A program made the translations under genes and the position numbers. The notes under the pieces are model-generated. The model saw nothing but the letters and a program-made list of their open reading frames with translations. It was not told the origin of the DNA and ran no database searches. Positions 1 to 8,015 of a stretch of 64,000 nt of DNA are shown here, piece by piece (within the stretch, counting starts at the first letter, position 1; the number at the start of each line of letters is the position of its first letter). The stretch spans positions 16,814 to 80,813 of the forward strand of contig VXRL01000051.1 in assembly GCA_009838515.1 (NCBI GenBank), written 5' to 3'. Source of the DNA: Terriglobia bacterium. Lineage in GTDB: Bacteria; Acidobacteriota; Terriglobia; Bryobacterales; UBA6623.

Positions 1-453
1 GGAACACCTCCCACGAGGGCCAGTATTCGATTCCGATGGCCGCTCGCCTTGCGAGGGACGAGCTTGATCGAACGTATCTGGGTTCGCTCGATGAAAGTTT
101 CTGATCCTTTCCGTTTCAGCTTTAGTCCGGCGGTAGTTGTCCCGGACACAGTTCCCTTCATGTTCTTGCTTGATTTCAACTGAATCTGGAGGGAAGGACG
201 ATAGTCGGGCTGAGCGAGCAGAGCACTAGCTTCTTTCCAGCGTGCTCTCGCAACGACGGTCTTTGCATCAAGAGGGATTGGACCGCAGGAGGAAGCAATG
301 ATTGCAACAAGCAAAGGTATGGAGAACCGTTGCATGGACGCTAGTGATACTAGCATCGAGGGCCAACTTACCCTCTGTAGAAAAGTGTTGGCAATATAGC
401 GGCATGAGGCGATTATGTTTCGACTTAAATAGTTCAATTTCAATAGTTTGTTG

Positions 454-543
454 TGGCGGAGGAAGAGGGATTCGAACCCCCGAGACCCTTGCGAGCCTTG
501 CGGTTTTCAAGACCGCCGCCTTCAACCACTCGGCCATTCCTCC
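454..543 (-). tRNA. tRNA-Ser (anticodon UGA)
   Basis: Reverse complement reads GGAGGAATGGCCGAGTGGTTGAAGGCGGCGGTCTTGAAAACCGC...GGGGGTTCGAATCCCTCTTCCTCCGCCA. It has a 7-bp acceptor stem (GGAGGAA/TTCCTCC), a GTTCGAATC T-loop, a long variable arm, anticodon loop CTTGAAA (anticodon TGA) and an encoded CCA. Confidence 0.9.
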
Positions 544-861
544 GTCTGCCCTCAGCCTAGCAACATGTCGGTGGGTCTTCCAACCCTGTACCGGCCTTTC
601 GGTTGCACGCCGCCGAATCGCGATACGCAACGATGGACGCACAGACTCCGGCATCCGCTGACCGCGCCGTAACTGCCCGATGGCGAGGAACTGGTGTGCG
701 GATACTGCTGAACCAAGTTGGCGAGCGCATGCGTCAGCTCACGTCGCTCAGATCCCATTGCATGGACACGTGATCTTGCGTGCACGCCCTAGTCAAATGC
801 GGCACTCGTCCCTCGGTCTGTTCCGGTATCCACAGATTGAAGTGATATACCCTGCAACTAC

Positions 862-1638
862 ATGCAAAGCAGATTGCAAGGCAAGGTGGCCCTTGTCACA
901 GGTGCGTTTGGTGGAATCGGTTCAGCCATTGCAAGTCGATTCCTAGCCGAAGGCGCTGCCGTGATTGCCAATGATCTCCGTGGTGCGCCGCCGGCAGCTC
1001 TGCACGCCTCCGCACCTGACGGTCGAGACCACCTACTCGTGCACGTCGCGGATCACTCAAACGAGTCGGACGTTGTTGACATGATGCGGCGTGCGAGAGA
1101 AGTATTCGGTGGACTCGACATCTTGGTCAACAACGCCTTTGCTTCGTTCGAAGACACCGACATCGAGACTCTCCGCGAACAGGACTGGGATCGCACCCTC
1201 GACGCCTGCCTGAAGGGACCGTTCCTCTGCACGAAGCACGCGGTGCCGCTGATGAAGGAGCGCGGCGGCGGAAGCATTGTGTCGATCTCCAGCGTCAACG
1301 CGCTCCGCGCCGTGAGCGAAACCGCCTACACGGCTGCCAAGGGCGGTCTGATCTCCATGATGCGCCTGGTTGCGGCGGACTTCGCCGAGTGCAACATCCG
1401 CTCCAACGTGATCTGTCCCGGTACCGTTGCAACCTCAGCGTCGCTGGACTACTGGGAACAGTTCCCGGCCGGCTTCGCCGAACTGAAGCGCATGTATCCG
1501 TTGGGGCGGATTGGCGATCCTGTCGATATCGCCAATTACGTCCTCTTTCTCGCATCCGACGAATCCAGCTGGGTAACCGGAACCGTGCATGCGGTAGACG
1601 GCGGCCTCATGGCCGGAACCAAGCTCAGCGTGCGCTGA
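862..1638 (+). CDS. Short-chain dehydrogenase/reductase (SDR) family oxidoreductase
   Basis: 258 aa starting at ATG. N-terminal KVALVTGAFGGIGSAIA (TGxxxGxG Rossmann motif), NNAF, catalytic YTAAKGG (YxxxK), and a C-terminal GxxxxVDGG typical of classical SDRs. Confidence 0.85.
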   Translation: MQSRLQGKVALVTGAFGGIGSAIASRFLAEGAAVIANDLRGAPPAALHASAPDGRDHLLVHVADHSNESDVVDMMRRAREVFGGLDILVNNAFASFEDTDIETLREQDWDRTLDACLKGPFLCTKHAVPLMKERGGGSIVSISSVNALRAVSETAYTAAKGGLISMMRLVAADFAECNIRSNVICPGTVATSASLDYWEQFPAGFAELKRMYPLGRIGDPVDIANYVLFLASDESSWVTGTVHAVDGGLMAGTKLSVR

Positions 1639-1666
1639 GCGGTTCGTCTGGTAGACTCCGAAAACT

Positions 1667-2263
1667 GTGGCACACACCGCTAATCCGGTCTTCGTGATGG
1701 CATTGCTGCTGGTGTGCGGATCCTGCGGCTCAGATACGAACGAATCCACTATTCCGCCGGCAGCGGGAGGCGGCCGGTCGGGCTTTCTCAGCGAGCGGTT
1801 CGCCGACGCAGCCCTCCAAGGCAACGTCAAGGCTGTAGAAGAGATGCTTGAATTCGTGGATGTCGACGCTGTTGACGAGGGCGGACGCACGATGCTGATG
1901 TTCGCATCCTATGGCGGCCACTCGACGACCGTGCGATTGCTTTGCGAGAACGATGCCGATCCCAACCTCAAGGATACGAATCGCCGCACAGCGCTGATGT
2001 ACGCCGCGTCTGGCCCGAACGCACACACGGTTGAGATCCTGCTCGCCCACGGCGCAGAAGTGAACGTGACAGACGGGGACGAGGGCTATACGGCGCTAAT
2101 GTTTGCGGCGGCGGAAGGGCATGCCGACATCGTCCAGCTGCTGCTCGACAAGGGCGCGGATCCGGACCTGCGAGACATCGACGGCGAATCGGCTTTGAAG
2201 TTCGCCACCGACAAGAACCATCAAGACGTGATTACAGTGCTGCAGAAGGCGGCAAGGCCTTGA
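1667..2263 (+). CDS. Ankyrin-repeat protein with lipoprotein-type signal (LLLVCGSC)
   Basis: 198 aa. Hydrophobic N-terminus ending in Cys. At least four tandem 33-aa ankyrin units (GRTMLMFASYGGHSTTVRLLCENDADPN, RRTALMYAASGPNAHTVEILLAHGAEVN, GYTALMFAAAEGHADIVQLLLDKGADPD, GESALKFATDKNHQDVITVL). The GTG start at 1667 is uncertain; an ATG at about 1697 is possible. Confidence 0.8.
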   Translation: MAHTANPVFVMALLLVCGSCGSDTNESTIPPAAGGGRSGFLSERFADAALQGNVKAVEEMLEFVDVDAVDEGGRTMLMFASYGGHSTTVRLLCENDADPNLKDTNRRTALMYAASGPNAHTVEILLAHGAEVNVTDGDEGYTALMFAAAEGHADIVQLLLDKGADPDLRDIDGESALKFATDKNHQDVITVLQKAARP

Positions 2264-3441
2264 TGGCCACGGGTCTAGCCATCCTGAACTCGACCAGCCG
2301 CGCCGGTACGGGAACGTCGCGGGCTGCGGGCTACAGGCTAGTCTGGCTCGCCGGCTTGGCCCTGGCTGGCTCCACCTCAGCGTCCGCCCACGACTTCACC
2401 ATCACGCCGGTGACTATCGTTCTCACCGGCGATGGCGGATTCCAAGCCGAGATCGGCCTCGATGCTGACGCGCTAGCTCTCGGACTGCCCCTCGAGGCAG
2501 ATTCAGAAGAAGTGGCCAGGGGGATGGGCGAGCTCGGTGAAGGCCAGTTCGAGAGAGCAGTTCAACGCGCCCGCGATGCCGTGCGCGACGACATCCGTAT
2601 CGCCTTCGACTCCGTGCCCGCAGACTTTGAGGCTCGGTTTCCCCACCATGGAACTCCAGCCGCGGCCGAGGCTGACCCACCGACCGTGTTGGGAGCGCTG
2701 GCCAGGCTCACAGGCAGAGTCCCCGGCGGCTCTCGCGAGCTCACCATTCGGCTGCCAGCCAAGTACAAGACGGTCTCGCTCCAGATCCACTCACCAAGCT
2801 TGGAGACACCGTCTAACGTCTTGCTGGATCCCGGCCAAGCCAGTCCGCCCTTCCCGCTGGCTGACACCGGACTCGAGGTCCCGCGGCAGGGCGTGTTCAG
2901 CAGCTACCTCAAGTTGGGCTTCACCCATATCGTGCCCAAAGGCCTGGACCACATCCTGTTTGTACTGGGACTCTTTCTACTCAGCAAGCGGTGGCGGCCG
3001 CTGTTGTACCAAGTCACGGCATTTACCGTCGCGCATTCGGTGACCCTTGCGTTGTCTATGCAGGGCGTTGTGTCCCTGCCCGAGCGCTTCGTGGAGACCC
3101 TGATAGCGCTCTCGATCAGTTGGGTGGCAATCGAGAATATCGCCACATCTGAGCTGAAACCGTGGAGACTGGCCTTGGTGTTCTGTTTCGGCCTTCTCCA
3201 CGGACTGGGCTTCGCCGGCGTTCTGAGCGAGCTCGGGATGCCCGATGGTCAGTTTCTGACCGCGCTGCTGTCGTTCAATCTTGGCGTCGAACTCGGCCAA
3301 GTCAGCGTTGTCCTGATGGCGTTCGCAGTCTTGGGGAGGTTCCGGAACCTTGAGGGGTATCGTCGCTACGTGATCTTTCCGTGCTCGGCCGCCATTGCGG
3401 CAACCGGGTTGTGGTGGGCGGTCACACGGGCGCTTGGGTAG
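2263..3441 (+). CDS. HupE/UreJ-like (HupE_UreJ_2 type) membrane protein with N-terminal periplasmic domain
   Basis: The ATG at 2263 overlaps the ankyrin gene's TGA (TGATG). The C-terminal half has GLDHILFVLGLFLL, FTVAHSVTLALS, GLLHGLGFAGVL and FNLGVELGQ, the conserved His/Asp-rich helices of the HupE/UreJ_2 family. N-terminal signal-like segment LAGLALAGSTSASAHD. Confidence 0.7.
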   Translation: MATGLAILNSTSRAGTGTSRAAGYRLVWLAGLALAGSTSASAHDFTITPVTIVLTGDGGFQAEIGLDADALALGLPLEADSEEVARGMGELGEGQFERAVQRARDAVRDDIRIAFDSVPADFEARFPHHGTPAAAEADPPTVLGALARLTGRVPGGSRELTIRLPAKYKTVSLQIHSPSLETPSNVLLDPGQASPPFPLADTGLEVPRQGVFSSYLKLGFTHIVPKGLDHILFVLGLFLLSKRWRPLLYQVTAFTVAHSVTLALSMQGVVSLPERFVETLIALSISWVAIENIATSELKPWRLALVFCFGLLHGLGFAGVLSELGMPDGQFLTALLSFNLGVELGQVSVVLMAFAVLGRFRNLEGYRRYVIFPCSAAIAATGLWWAVTRALG

Positions 3442-3598
3442 CTGGGAGCGGGGAGCCGTCTCGCGTACCGCGCATTGCCAAACTCGTCCGTCCCTCATCC
3501 CTGTCCAACTGCATCTTGGTCTCACCCGTGGCGCGAGGCACTTGGGGCATCAGTCCGGCCCCTGCACGGATGGTCGACAGCACTATCATGGAGTCTCC

Positions 3599-3868
3599 GT
3601 GGCCACGGTCTTCATCCCTTCCATGCTGCGGCCTCTTGCGGGCGACCATGATGCGCTCGAAGTGGGCGGGGCGACGGTTCGCGAGGTCGTTGAGAACCTG
3701 ATCGAGCGCTACCCCGAGCTGAACGGGCGTCTGCTGGCGGACGGACAGCTGCCCGGCAACATCTCCGTAGCGATCGATGGCGAAGTCTCGACGCTTGGCC
3801 TGCTGGATCAAGTGGAACCGGACTCAGAAGTCCACTTCGTTCCAGCCATCTCTGGCGGGCGAGGATAG
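3599..3868 (+). CDS. MoaD/ThiS-family ubiquitin-like small protein (C-terminus ...AISGGRG)
   Basis: The long track ORF (3395..3868) is trimmed to the GTG at 3599, which has GGAG 5 nt upstream. The roughly 89-aa product, (M)ATVFIPSMLRPLAGDHDALEVGGATVREVVENL...VAIDGEV...DSEVHFVPAISGGRG, has the beta-grasp MoaD/ThiS layout, with Gly-Gly followed by two extra residues. Confidence 0.6.
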   Translation: MATVFIPSMLRPLAGDHDALEVGGATVREVVENLIERYPELNGRLLADGQLPGNISVAIDGEVSTLGLLDQVEPDSEVHFVPAISGGRG

Positions 3869-3872
3869 GTCA

Positions 3873-4802
3873 ATGCAAACCCCTTGGGGCGAGATCGAGG
3901 TTCAAGACGCGCACACGCACTTCTTCGGGCAGTCGTTCTTCAGTGCGCTAGCCCGTCAGAAGGGTGTCTCCGACAATGCAGCGATGGTCGCGGCTCTGGG
4001 CTGGGACTTGCCGCCGGACAACAATGAAGACCTAGCCCGCTGCTGGGCCCAGGAACTGGATCGGCATGGTGTCGCGAAGTCTGTCTTGATCGCCAGCGTC
4101 CCAGGCGACGAGGCCGCGGTTGGCGACGCCGTGCGAGCCTTCCCCGACCGTTTCTATGGCTACTTCATGCTCAACCCGCTCGCGGACGGCGCGCTAGAGC
4201 GGGCGAAGACAGCCTTTGAAGAGCTTGGCCTGCAGGGCTTGTGCCTGTTCCCAGCGATGCAAGGGTTCTCAGTGCAGGACGCGAGACTCGGCCCGGTGTA
4301 CGAACTTGCGTCCGAGGCCGACAACCGGGTTGTATTCGTCCACATGGGAGTGTTGACCGTGGGCGTTCGAGCCAAGCTCGGTCTGCCGTCCAAGTTCAAC
4401 ATGAGCTTCTCGAACCCTATCGACTTGCACGCCGTCGCAATGGATCACCCCTCCGCGAACTTTGTGCTGCCACACTTCGGGGCGGGCTACTTTCGGGAAG
4501 CGCTCATGCTTTCGTCCTTGTCACCAAACGTCTACCTGGACACCTCCAGCAGCAATAGTTGGAGGAAATACCTGACTCCGCGACCCGGCCTGCATGAGGT
4601 CTTCGCCCAGGCGCTGGATGTGGTCGGCCCCGAACGCCTCTTGTTCGGCTCGGACTCATCGTTTTTTCCTCGGGGCTGGAATCGTGAGGTGTTCGACGCT
4701 CAATGCGAGGCGCTTGAGCAGAATGGCATAACCGGAGTTGACGCCGAGGCCATATTTGGCCAGAACCTTGAGCGGCTCCTCAAACCGGCCCGCTGCCACT
4801 AG
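3873..4802 (+). CDS. Amidohydrolase_2-type (TIM-barrel metal-dependent) hydrolase
   Basis: The ATG at 3873 lies 4 nt after the upstream stop, and GAGGA sits inside the preceding gene's end. Motifs: VQDAHTHFF (metal-binding HxH), internal HMG and PHFG, and C-terminal LLFGSDSSFFP (FGSD) as in PF04909-like amidohydrolases. Confidence 0.8.
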   Translation: MQTPWGEIEVQDAHTHFFGQSFFSALARQKGVSDNAAMVAALGWDLPPDNNEDLARCWAQELDRHGVAKSVLIASVPGDEAAVGDAVRAFPDRFYGYFMLNPLADGALERAKTAFEELGLQGLCLFPAMQGFSVQDARLGPVYELASEADNRVVFVHMGVLTVGVRAKLGLPSKFNMSFSNPIDLHAVAMDHPSANFVLPHFGAGYFREALMLSSLSPNVYLDTSSSNSWRKYLTPRPGLHEVFAQALDVVGPERLLFGSDSSFFPRGWNREVFDAQCEALEQNGITGVDAEAIFGQNLERLLKPARCH

Positions 4803-5152
4803 CCCAAGGACATCCGCGGCCGAAGCAGACCGACGCCCTCGGGCCCGAGTCGGTGCAGTCTGGGCCAGGCAGTTACGGACTCGTTCTTCAACGTGCGCCC
4901 CGGCGCGAGCAATCCAGCAGCTTCGCAAGCCGGCCGCTTGCTGCGGGAGCAGACCATTTCGAAGAACCTTGCCTCCGCTCCAGCAGCGGAAGCGATCACG
5001 TCACTCAAGCGCCGCTTCGCGGCTAAGCCCTAAGGCGGCAGCCAGCTGCCCGCGCCGAGTTGCCAACTTCCCGGCCTGATCTGGTCGCCCGGCGCGTAGA
5101 ACCATCTTCAGCGAGCGACTCCGTCCGCCGACCGCTGCCGCCTAGCCTAGGG

Positions 5153-5551
5153 CTAAGACAGAGTGTCGACCAAGCCTGCTTCGATGATCCGGCGATCCTG
5201 CGTTAACAGCGTCGCCCCAAGAACTCGTGCGGTCGCCACCAAGATTCGATCTGCCGGGTCGCGGTGAAAGGAGTCGGGCAACATGGCAAGCTCCGCTGCG
5301 ATGGCTGGGGAAACGCTGCAGCGTCGCACTAGCGGCGGAGCCACCGCCATCTCGAGCCACACCCGAAGGGGAAGTTTTAACTGAAGGCGATCCAAATTGA
5401 AGAGTGTCGCCACTTCCCAGAGCGAAATGTCCGCTACCAACAACGGCGACTGCTCGCTGGCCGACGCAAGGACTTTCCGTTGGCTTACCGAAAGCTGAGG
5501 ATCCTCGCTTAGCCACCATACGAGGACGTGGGTGTCAAGCAGTGCCTTCAC
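5153..5551 (-). CDS. vapC: PIN-domain toxin, VapC family
   Basis: KALLDTHVLVWWLSEDPQLS (PIN N-terminal Asp), ...DRILVATA..., LLTQDRRI. The GTG at 5551 overlaps the antitoxin's TGA as GTGA. The track's TTG at 5569 is an alternative start. Confidence 0.8.
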   Translation of the reverse strand: MKALLDTHVLVWWLSEDPQLSVSQRKVLASASEQSPLLVADISLWEVATLFNLDRLQLKLPLRVWLEMAVAPPLVRRCSVSPAIAAELAMLPDSFHRDPADRILVATARVLGATLLTQDRRIIEAGLVDTLS

Positions 5552-5787
5552 CGCCGGAGACTCTCCCAATGCTCTTCTGGAACGGCCGGTCCTACGATGT
5601 CGCCGACTACTCGGACCGTGCCTTTGAGCTCAAACTGGGGGTACTTGGCTTGGGTTGGACTAGCGGGCATGAGTTCGGCGACGGGCCGGCCGCGCTTGAG
5701 GATGACTATCTTCTCTCCTGTGGCTTGCACTTGATCGAGTATGGCCAAGCACCGGGCTTTGAAGTCGGACGCGTTGATTGTCTCCAT
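5548..5787 (-). CDS. Phd/YefM-family antitoxin
   Basis: 79 aa. METINASDFKARCLAILDQVQATGEKIVILKRGRPVAELMP is the typical Phd/YefM N-terminal fold signature. It lies immediately upstream of the PIN gene and overlaps it. Confidence 0.8.
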   Translation of the reverse strand: METINASDFKARCLAILDQVQATGEKIVILKRGRPVAELMPASPTQAKYPQFELKGTVRVVGDIVGPAVPEEHWESLRR

Positions 5788-5793
5788 ATGACT

Positions 5794-5822
5794 AGTATTG
5801 GTGACCAGTCGTATCGTGTCAA
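5794..5822 (-). promoter_or_regulatory. Candidate sigma70-like promoter of the phd-vapC operon, predicting a leaderless or near-leaderless mRNA
   Basis: Minus strand reads TTGACA (5822..5817), a 17-nt spacer, AATACT (5799..5794), 6 nt, then ATG (5787). There is no Shine-Dalgarno sequence between the -10 element and the start codon. Confidence 0.3.
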
Positions 5823-6121
5823 GTCAATCAAGGCTGCTACGCGAGGGGACCAGCGACTTGGGCCTCGCGTAGTTCGCAATGGTACGCAAGGGCTGCAACC
5901 ATTGGCCGAGTCCGACACCACCGACTGATTCGGTCCGGACCGCGCCGAGAGAGTTCTAGTGGCCAAAGATGGCCGGCATCCATCGCTGAGAGCCAGAAGG
6001 CGCGAGAGTAGGCGATCCATGCGAGCCAAGTGGGGCCTAACCGCCAGATGGTCGAATCGCAAGACAGCAGGACGGCGCTCGTCTCTGAGAGCTAAACGGC
6101 AAGAGGGGGAGAGCTCGCCCG

Positions 6122-7618
6122 CTACTGGCCATCCAGATAGAAGGGACGCCGCTTGTCGCGCTGCATGCCCTCGTCGAACCGGCTGGCGATCCTGCCCAGC
6201 CGCTGGACGACTTCCGGACGGCTGGAAGCGAGATTGCGTGTTTCAGCCGGGTCGGCCGCGAGGTCGTATAGTTCCGGCTCTGCGCGCAGCCTGTGGTGGC
6301 GCTCATGGAGCTCGGGATTGTGCAGGTACCAGAGTGAGGAGGACCGTTCCGGGGGCTCGGCTTGACGCGGAAACAGCTTCCAGTTTCCAAGCCGGATAGC
6401 TTGCAGTTGGACGCCGAAGTAATAGAAAAAGGGTTCCTGCGGAAGCTCTGCCGTCTTGCCCGTGAGTAGGTCCACGATCGACCGCCCGTCGATCACCCTG
6501 TCGGCAGGGGCCTGAGCACCTCCCAGTTCGGCAAGGGTCGGCAGCAGGTCAAGAATGGAAGCCGGTTCGCTCGTCTCTACGCCAGCGGCGATCTTGCCGG
6601 GCCAGCGAAATATGCCTGGTTCCCGCATTCCCCCCTCGAACGTGTTTCCTTTGCGACCTCGGAGCCCGCCCGTGCTGCCGCCGCCGATGCGAGGCCCCCG
6701 GCGCGCGCCCGGACGTGCCGGGCCGTTGTCGGAGGTGAAGACGACTAAGGTCCGCTCGTCTAGCTCGAGATCCCGGAGCGTCCGCAGCACCTCTCCCACG
6801 CTCCAGTCCAGTTCCTCGACGGTGTCGGCGTAGAGCCCGTGAGGCGAGCGCCCCTCGAAGTCCTCCGAGGCGTAGTGCGGGTTGTGAGGGAACGTGTGAG
6901 GGAAATACAGGAAGAATGGCCGGCTTCGGTTCTCTTCAATGAAGCGCACGGCCCTTTCTGTGTAGCGCCGTGTCAGAGTGTGCTGGTTGACCGGAGCCTC
7001 CACGACTCGATCATTGTCGAGCAGCGGCAACTTCCAGAACGCGTGCTGCGGCCGGAGAACTTCGTCCGGCTCCCATTTGAGCATGTCGTTGGAATAGGGC
7101 AGCCCGAAAAAGAAGTCGAAGCCGTGGCGCTGGGCGCGGAACGGCTTGGGCCAGCCTAGATGCCACTTGCCGATCGCCGCGGTGGCGTAGCCTTCGTCTG
7201 ACAGGATCTCCGCGACGGTGATCTCGGCAGGCGCCAAGCCAGTCAATTCGGTCGGGAACAGGACATAAGGCACCCCCGCGCGGACCGGGTAGCGACCAGT
7301 CAGCAAAGACGCTCTCGACGGGCTGCAGAAGGGAGCCGTCGCGTAGAAGTCAGTGAACCGCATCCCCTCAGCCGCCATGCGGTCTAGGTTGGGGGTCCGG
7401 ATCGTGGTGGAACCGTAGGCTCCGAGATCGCCGTAGCCTAGGTCATCGGCGAAGATCACGATGAAGTTTGGCTGTTCGGCCATTGCGAAAAGTGCTGAAA
7501 GCGCTAGCAGGACTGTGAGCTGGACCAAAGCCAGGCCGGGCCGCTGCCGGCCCGCTATTCGTCGCGCAGAGGCAACTCTGGCCACAGTACTTTCCGAGTA
7601 CTGCATGGGAACCATCAT
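6122..7618 (-). CDS. Arylsulfatase-family (formylglycine-dependent) sulfatase, secreted
   Basis: NFIVIFADDLGYGDLGAYGS, then APFCSPSRASLLTGRYP (C-x-P-x-R FGly motif), GKWHLG, FTSDNGP. Hydrophobic signal LALVQLTVLLALSALFAMA. The start is uncertain (ATG 7618, 7615 or 7606, or a GTG further in); the track ORF extends to 7780. Confidence 0.85.
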   Translation of the reverse strand: MMVPMQYSESTVARVASARRIAGRQRPGLALVQLTVLLALSALFAMAEQPNFIVIFADDLGYGDLGAYGSTTIRTPNLDRMAAEGMRFTDFYATAPFCSPSRASLLTGRYPVRAGVPYVLFPTELTGLAPAEITVAEILSDEGYATAAIGKWHLGWPKPFRAQRHGFDFFFGLPYSNDMLKWEPDEVLRPQHAFWKLPLLDNDRVVEAPVNQHTLTRRYTERAVRFIEENRSRPFFLYFPHTFPHNPHYASEDFEGRSPHGLYADTVEELDWSVGEVLRTLRDLELDERTLVVFTSDNGPARPGARRGPRIGGGSTGGLRGRKGNTFEGGMREPGIFRWPGKIAAGVETSEPASILDLLPTLAELGGAQAPADRVIDGRSIVDLLTGKTAELPQEPFFYYFGVQLQAIRLGNWKLFPRQAEPPERSSSLWYLHNPELHERHHRLRAEPELYDLAADPAETRNLASSRPEVVQRLGRIASRFDEGMQRDKRRPFYLDGQ

Positions 7619-8015
7619 GCCAGACCCTGCGGCTGAGCTTCGCCACACCACCGAGCAAGGCCCCTCTCTGATCATTTCTGCATGGATTCGCACGGCCCAT
7701 AGAAGGGGCGAGCGCGAGCCGGAGACCGCCCACCTGCTAACTCGCCTGCCACCGGAGCAGTGCGCCGGCCCCCTCCACATGCCGCCCCGATTCGACTGCC
7801 TAGGTGCCCTTGCGCGAATCTCCCGAAAGCTATACCCAATGGCCTACCTTGTCCAATCATGGTCCTAAGATCCGGCCGCTCGCCTCCCGAGTTCGCTACG
7901 ATCCTGAAGACGATGATTCTCGATGACGATGCGCGCAGGGTGAACCGCGATCCAGCATTCGCCAACGCGCAGCGGCGAGCCGAATGAAGCGGGCGACGGC
8001 GGGAGGGACAGGGCA

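Noticed and set aside
454-543. Could this long-arm tRNA be tRNA-Sec (selC), supporting the selenoprotein candidate?
   Set aside because: The anticodon loop is CTTGAAA, giving anticodon UGA (reads UCN Ser codons), not UCA. The acceptor stem is the ordinary 7 bp rather than 8. It is a normal tRNA-Ser.
4803-5152. HTH-like peptide fragments on the minus strand (for example ...GKLATRRGQLAAALGLSREAALE) next to the TA module, considered as a possible third component or regulator.
   Set aside because: The frames are broken, with stops and frame changes within 100 nt and no start or RBS. At most it is a degraded gene.
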